32,000 nucleotides of DNA from Thermoproteus tenax Kra 1 (GTDB lineage: Archaea; Thermoproteota; Thermoprotei; Thermoproteales; Thermoproteaceae): the NCBI RefSeq assembly GCF_000253055.1, contig NC_016070.1:90001-122000 (forward strand). Direction: 5' to 3'. Of the stretch, positions 27,324 through 32,000 are shown in pieces; positions within the stretch are counted from its first letter, which is position 1, and the number at the start of each line of letters is the position of its first letter. A program made the translations under genes and the position numbers. The notes under the pieces are model-generated. The model was not told where the DNA came from. It ran no database searches and saw nothing but the letters and a program-made list of their open reading frames with translations.

Positions 27324-28284
27324 CGGCGATCTGTCTGCCGACCTCCTCAGTGGTGGCCCGCCCTCCTATGTCCGGCGTAGCTACCCCGCGCCTCAAGGCC
27401 TCCTCAACGGCGCCTCTAACAGCGTTTGCAGCGTCTTGGCGGCCCATCCATTCGAACATCATTGCGGCGGACAATATGGTCGCTATCGGATTGGCTATCC
27501 CCTTTCCAGCTATGTCGAAGGCCGCCCCGTGGATCGGCTCGAACATGGCCTTTTTGTCTCCAATATTCGCCGAGGGCGCCAGCCCCAAGCTACCTGCCAC
27601 TTGTGCGGCGAGATCGGTGAGGATATCCCCGTATTGGTTCGTCGTCAACACAACGTCGAAGCGCGAGGGATTCCTTACAAGCTCCATCGCTGCTGCGTCT
27701 ACGTACATTTCCTCCACTTGAAGCCCATCGAGCTCCCCCCTGGCCACATCCCTAAAGAAGGCGTCGACCACCCTCAACACATTGGACTTTGTGACGATAG
27801 TCACTTTCCGCCTCCTCATTTCGGCGTACCTCCTCGCCACTCTAGCCACCCTCGCCGTGCCCTCCCTCGTTATGACCTTCAGAGCAATCGCCACATCGCC
27901 CACTCTATATTCGGCGCCCACATAGACATCTTCGACGTTCTCCCTCACGAAGACGCAATCGATGGGCTTGACAGCAGGCACGCCGGGGAGGTTCTTTGCA
28001 GGCCTTATGTTGGCGTACAACACGTACTTCATCCTTATCGCGGACGTTACATCGTAGGCGGTCTCGCCCACGGGGCCCTTCAGTACGGCGTCGGCGGAGT
28101 CCACGATCTTCCACGCCTCGTCGGGCATAGGTTTGCCATACTTCCTCGCGGCTACGTCGCCCGCCTCCACGACCTTTATATCGAGCGGTATTGAGAAACG
28201 CCGCGCGGCCGCCTCTATCACCTTCAGCGTGGCCGACACTACCTCGGGCCCTATGCCGTCGCCCGGGATTACGGCAAGCTTCAT
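27292..28284 (-). CDS. homoisocitrate / 3-isopropylmalate dehydrogenase (beta-decarboxylating dehydrogenase family)
   Basis: MKLAVIPGDGIGPEV start, and the NQYGDILTDLAA and EPIHGAAFDIAGKGIANP motifs. ATG 28284 lies about 24 nt after TTTAAAA. The track start 28314 overlaps that TATA. Confidence 0.9.
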   Translation of the reverse strand: MKLAVIPGDGIGPEVVSATLKVIEAAARRFSIPLDIKVVEAGDVAARKYGKPMPDEAWKIVDSADAVLKGPVGETAYDVTSAIRMKYVLYANIRPAKNLPGVPAVKPIDCVFVRENVEDVYVGAEYRVGDVAIALKVITREGTARVARVARRYAEMRRRKVTIVTKSNVLRVVDAFFRDVARGELDGLQVEEMYVDAAAMELVRNPSRFDVVLTTNQYGDILTDLAAQVAGSLGLAPSANIGDKKAMFEPIHGAAFDIAGKGIANPIATILSAAMMFEWMGRQDAANAVRGAVEEALRRGVATPDIGGRATTEEVGRQIAAIVESWPTTS

Positions 28285-28402
28285 AACGCCAGAAAATGTG
28301 TGAGTTTTAAACATAGAGCGCGCCCATCTGGGGACTCGGGGGCCCCAGCCACCTAGCTCGATCGCCTAAGGAGCTCGACAAGCCGATGTTCTATAGAGCC
28401 GC

Positions 28403-29068
28403 CTATCGGCATAGGGCCTCCGCGAGTAGGCCCGAGAGCTTGAGCGCCTCCTCCCTCCTTAAGTACCGCCCCCTCCTAGGCACCACAAGGGCCCTCTCTG
28501 TCCCGTCTGTCAGACTCGCCGGTATGACGGCGAGGACGCTCTCGAGAGACAAGAGCTCGTCTAAGGCAGGGCCCAGAGCTCTGGCGTAGCTCTCAGGCAA
28601 GATTGCCAAGACTGCCCCGAACCTCTTCAGTAAGGCTTGCGTCCTCTCCGGGACCCCCCTCTCCAGAGACCACCTGGCCAGCTCATCGCGGCGTAGAGCG
28701 TTTAAGGTTGCCTCGTAGGGGATAATGGGCTCATCCCAGCGGATCAAGCCGTATCGAGCGCTTACGATGAACAGCTCAGCTCTGGCACATTGTCGCACTC
28801 TATAGAAGATCGACCTCACTTGCGCGAAGGATCCACCGTACATCTCTACGGCGGGCTTAATAAAGCTCTGTAGCGCCTCCCTATATGTGTTCTCCCTCTC
28901 CAGGTCGAAGCCGGGCACGCCCAAGCCTCTGACCTTCAGCGCCTCCACGACGGAGCTCCAGTCCACTTTCTTCCTCTTAGTGCAGTGGGCCAGTATCAAT
29001 AGATCCCTAGACTTGAACCTCTCCCTCAACTGTTCCGCCGTTATGTCCTCTATTGAGACGAGAGGCAT
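28403..29068 (-). CDS. hypothetical protein (DUF6884-like pattern by eye)
   Basis: 221 aa. LILAHCTKRKK...PAVEMYGGSF...LFIVSARYGLIRWDEPIIPYEATL resembles the C..K / Y.G / SA.YGL / PY signature, recalled from memory. It has its own TATA-like box. Confidence 0.45.
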   Translation of the reverse strand: MPLVSIEDITAEQLRERFKSRDLLILAHCTKRKKVDWSSVVEALKVRGLGVPGFDLERENTYREALQSFIKPAVEMYGGSFAQVRSIFYRVRQCARAELFIVSARYGLIRWDEPIIPYEATLNALRRDELARWSLERGVPERTQALLKRFGAVLAILPESYARALGPALDELLSLESVLAVIPASLTDGTERALVVPRRGRYLRREEALKLSGLLAEALCR

Positions 29069-29116
29069 CGACCAAAAGCCTCTACTATATTTTAGCTCTG
29101 GGGCGCTACAGCTGAA

Positions 29117-30534
29117 CTAAGGGGCGGAGGGCGCTTGGAGGGAGCCCAGCTGTTTCAACACTATGTTGGTCAACGTGGATTTAACGCCTCTGACCGACCT
29201 TATATCCTCTATTATTCTGTTCAATTCCTCAGCGTTGGAGGCCACCACTCTTGCGACGATATCGAAATCCCCAGTGACCTCTCCCACGTTGACGACGCCG
29301 CTAATCGTGGACACTCTGCGGGCCACCGAGGTGGTGTATACGTTTTCGTCCACTTTTATCCAGATGAACGCCTCAATATGTTTGTTTACATACGCCTTAT
29401 ATCTCACGCCCGTGACCTTCTCCAAGATCTCCAAGAGGTCCTCGTCTCTAAGCCTCCTCGCGTTCGTGGATTTGAGCTCCTCCACGACTTTGGCCAGAGT
29501 CTCCTCGTCTACCTTCACGCCGAGTCTCTCAAGCCGGTGGGCCACGGCGCGCCTTCCGCTATATTTGTCTAGGGAGAAGTCCCTCGACCTCCCCACGACC
29601 TCGGGCGGAAACGGCTCGTAGGTCTCTGGATTCGCCAGTACACCTGCTTGGTGGACGCCGGCCTTGTGAGTGAACACATTGTCGCCAGTTATGGGGAAGG
29701 TGGGCATCTGGGCGATCCCGCTGGCCGCCTCCACCAGCGAGGCCAAGTAGGGGAGCTTCGCCATATCGATGAGCTTGACGCCCTTGTGGTAGTAGTAGGC
29801 CGCGACGAAGACTTGGAGAGGGGTGATACCTGCTCTCTCCCCGAGGCCGTTCACTGTCGTGTGAACTACGTCGGCTCCGCCCTCGGTCGCAGCCATTGAG
29901 TTGGCCACGGCCATCCCTAAGTCGTTGTGGGCGTGTATATCTAGTCCGACCCCAGGCACGGCCTCCTTCAGCTTCGAGAAGAGTTGGCGCGCTCTATCGG
30001 GAGTGAGTATCCCCACTGTGTCGGCAATGCTCACTCTGTCCGCGCCTGCGTCTCGCGCAGTTTTTACCACTTGTATAAGGTAGTCGAGGTCTGCCCTAGT
30101 GGCGTCTTCGGCTGTGAACCTCACCTTCACGCCGGCGCCTCTCGCGAACTCCACGTGTTCGGCGATTATGGCCAAAGCCTCCTCTCTGGTCTTCCTGTGT
30201 TTGTGCTTCAGATGTATATCGCTGACGCCGTAGAAGATGGCGACTCTGTCGGGCTCAAGCGACGTCGCGTTCTCTATATCTGATTTGACGGATCTGCTGT
30301 GGACGACTATCTCGCTCTTGATTTCGCCGTCTCGCTTCAGAGCTATTATCTTCGAGATAGCCGATCTGACGTCGGGCGCCACGTTTGGGTCGCCCACCTC
30401 TATTAAGTGGACGCCTACATCCGACAGAGACTTCGCTATCTTGATCCTCCATTCCTCAGAGAATATAACGCCCGGAGTCTGCTCGCCCTCTCTCAGCGTC
30501 GAGTCGAGAATTTTTATGCTTTCCCCGAACTCAT
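29117..30534 (-). CDS. homocitrate synthase (LeuA/HCS family) with C-terminal RAM domain; body in frame with GTG 30553, but the likely initiation is ATG 30534 plus a -1 shift
   Basis: LDSTLREGEQTPG and HAHNDLGMAVANS...NGLGERAGI form a DRE-TIM core. The last ~90 aa (EAFIWIKVDENV...GDFDIVARVVASNAEELNRIIEDIRSVRGV) form an Lrp/AsnC-type RAM domain instead of a LeuA dimerisation domain. GTG 30553 abuts the TATA box. Confidence 0.9.
30514..30534 (-). promoter_or_regulatory. 6-codon leader ORF (MSSGKA) with UCG GGG AAA; candidate -1 frameshift sensor for lysine
   Basis: On the minus strand: ATG 30534, TCG 30528-26, GGG 30525-23 (G-run 30526-30523), AAA 30522-20 and TAA 30516-14. The ATG is +1 relative to the HCS frame. 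Confidence 0.55.
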
Positions 30535-30553
30535 GGCGGCTGAACCGACCCAC

Positions 30554-30561
30554 TATATAAA
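30554..30561 (-). promoter_or_regulatory. TATA box (TTTATATA on the minus strand) of the homocitrate synthase gene
   Basis: Its centre is about 23-24 nt upstream of ATG 30534. It directly abuts GTG 30553, so that GTG is unlikely to lie within the transcript. Confidence 0.55.
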
Positions 30562-30596
30562 CCTAACTCGCGGAGGAGAGTCTATATAGAAAATAG

Positions 30597-31085
30597 CTAC
30601 TTCGAGCCCCTTATCTTCAGATATTCAGTCAAGCCGCCGGCCTTGAGGATCTCGAGCGCAAGCCCCGACAGCGGCTTGCCCTTTATCACCTCGCCGGTGG
30701 ACAAGTTCACCACCTCGCCTGTCTCAACACGGACGACGACCTCATCGCCGTCTCTGACCCTCCCCCTCGCCGGGGCCTGCAACACTGGCAGTCCCACGTT
30801 GATGGCGTTCCGGAAGAAGATTCTGGCGAACGACTCGGCCACTACGGCCAATACACCGGCCCCCTTCAGTGCCGTGGCCGCTTGCTCGCGGCTGCTCCCC
30901 ATCCCGAAGGCTCTGCCGGCCACTATCACGGCCCCCTTAGCCTTCTTCGGGAACTCGGGATCTAGAGGCTCCATGGCGTGTTGGCCCAGGACGGCCGGGT
31001 CAGTATATACTAGATATCTGGCAGGTATAATTACGTCGGTATCTATCTTGTCGCCGTAGACCAAGGCCCTCCCCCTTATTTCCAT
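30597..31085 (-). CDS. 3-isopropylmalate/homoaconitate dehydratase small subunit (LeuD/HacB family)
   Basis: 162 aa. [29 protein letters not shown] and [13 protein letters not shown] motifs. No large-subunit gene lies next to it in this window. Confidence 0.9.
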   Translation of the reverse strand: MEIRGRALVYGDKIDTDVIIPARYLVYTDPAVLGQHAMEPLDPEFPKKAKGAVIVAGRAFGMGSSREQAATALKGAGVLAVVAESFARIFFRNAINVGLPVLQAPARGRVRDGDEVVVRVETGEVVNLSTGEVIKGKPLSGLALEILKAGGLTEYLKIRGSK

Positions 31086-31157
31086 AGCCGCTGAGCCTAT
31101 ATAGCTTTTAAAAGTTCCGTCCTTCAGGGAGAAGGCCTATATATAGAGAGGCAAATC

Positions 31158-31167
31158 TTTAAATATA
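31158..31167 (+). promoter_or_regulatory. TATA-like box (tttaaatata) of ilvB
   Basis: Its centre is about 22-23 nt upstream of ATG 31185. Confidence 0.55.
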
Positions 31168-31184
31168 GGTTAAATAGTGCCCCT

Positions 31185-31247
31185 ATGGATTCGGGGGTTA
31201 CATCGGGGCTCGAGGGGATCGCCCCAATAGGGTGGTCGACAGAGTAA
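31185..31247 (+). promoter_or_regulatory. 20-codon leader ORF (MDSGVTSGLEGIAPIGWSTE) with three G-run sites followed by Val, Leu and Ile codons; candidate -1 frameshift sensor
   Basis: TCGGGGGTT at 31191-99, TCGGGGCTC at 31203-11 and GAGGGGATC at 31212-20. The leader frame is +1 relative to the ilvB frame, which is open from 31178. Confidence 0.5.
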
Positions 31248-32000
31248 TCGACACACTAAGGGAGCTGAAAGTAAGACATATCCTGGGGATCACAGGCGGT
31301 TCAATAATGGCGTTGTTCGACGCAGCGTATTTCGTAGACGACATAGACGTAATAATGTTCAGACACGAGCAGGGCGCTGCACATGCAGCCGAGGGCTACG
31401 CCAGAGTTGCCAAGAGGCCCGCCGTGGTTGCTGCAACCAGCGGCCCCGGCGCCACCAACTTGGTGACTGGGCTGACGGACGCCTACATGGACTCAGTCCC
31501 CGTAGTGGCCATAACTGGGCAAGTGGCCACGTGGGTCTTCGGAAGAGACGGATTCCAAGAGACGGACATACTGGGCGTGGCCACGCCTATAACTAAATGG
31601 GTCTATCAAGTGAGGAGGCCGGAGGAGGCATCGCCAGCAGTCAGGATCGCCTACGAGATATCGGCATTGGGGAGACCGGGCCCGACTTTAGTGGATCTGC
31701 CCAGAGATATACAGATACAGACTCCGCGAGGGGAGGCCGCTATTCCGATAAATGTGACCAAGTTTATACCTCCAAGGCCTCGCCACGAGGATATAGCGAG
31801 GGCGGCGAAGATAATAATTGAGGCCCAGAGACCCGTAGTCCTCGCGGGCGGCGGAGTCCTCTGGTCGGGCGCCACGAGAGAGGTGATAGAGCTCGCCGAG
31901 AGGATAGGAGCGCCTATAGTTTCAACTCTTCCTGGGAAGGCCGCAATACCTCACAACCACCCGTTGTATCTAGGGCCCGCCGGAATGCACGGAAGGGCCG
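31185..32000 (+). CDS. ilvB: acetolactate synthase large subunit (ThDP enzyme), 5' partial, runs off the window
   Basis: The frame containing GTG 31232 reads VVDRVIDTLRELKVRHILGITGGSIMALFDA...HEQGAAHAAEGYARV...SGPGATNLVTGL...DSVPVVAITGQV. There is no stop before 32000, so it is absent from the ORF track. The start is either GTG 31232 or ATG 31185 plus a -1 shift. Confidence 0.85.

Noticed and set aside
30551-30553. GTG 30553 as the homocitrate synthase start (the ORF-track start).
   Set aside because: It directly abuts the TTTATATA box (30561-30554). Transcription from that box would begin about 20+ nt downstream, so this GTG is probably not in the mRNA. It remains the fallback if another promoter exists upstream.
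1-32000. A search for tRNA or rRNA genes, CRISPR repeats, transposase/integrase genes and long inverted or direct repeats.
   Set aside because: None recognised by eye. There are no T-loop GTTC(G/A)A(A/T)TC contexts in intergenic DNA, no regularly spaced repeats and no transposase-like ORFs. A computational scan (tRNAscan-SE, Infernal, CRISPR finder) should confirm this.

Overview
The window reads as a chromosomal segment of a hyperthermophilic crenarchaeon, in the style of Thermoproteales (Pyrobaculum or Thermoproteus). Supporting signs: archaeal markers (aIF5B, ribosomal protein S6e, diphthine synthase, FAU-1, LysW), frequent GTG/TTG starts, 4-nt ATGA gene overlaps, and TATA-like boxes about 22-25 nt upstream of start codons, which implies leaderless mRNAs. 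I call about 39 protein genes.

Layout:
- 1-13.2 kb: housekeeping genes (MaoC, dphB, aIF5B, ClC channel, S6e, heme O synthase, SDR, FAU-1, SurE, MFS, sugar-isomerase-like).
- 13.5-20.1 kb: a visibly AT-richer block holding cstA and a translationally coupled five-gene operon. The operon has two cysteine-free ArsA/Get3-like ATPases bracketed by two paralogous ~85-aa proteins. An MTase-like gene, a CxxC thioredoxin-fold gene and a radical SAM/SPASM gene follow.
- 21.2-32 kb: a LysW-type lysine/arginine cluster (lysK, lysX-like, lysY, lysZ, lysW, argG, homoisocitrate/isopropylmalate dehydrogenase, RAM-domain homocitrate synthase, leuD/hacB-like), then the 5' part of ilvB.

Main finding: four pathway-entry genes (homocitrate synthase, argG, the lysX-like first gene of lysXYZ, and ilvB) share one start architecture. 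Each has a TATA box about 22-24 nt upstream of an ATG that sits in the +1 frame relative to the enzyme ORF. After the ATG comes (U/G)CG GGG on a run of at least four G. The next codon encodes the end product of that pathway: AAA (Lys) for homocitrate synthase, CGA (Arg) for argG, AAA/CCA/CGA in a triple 9-nt repeat for lysX-like, and GUU/CUC/AUC (Val/Leu/Ile) for ilvB. I interpret these as candidate hungry-codon -1 frameshift attenuators on leaderless mRNAs. This is inference only, and homopolymer miscalls must be excluded first.

I found no tRNA, rRNA, CRISPR array or obvious mobile element.
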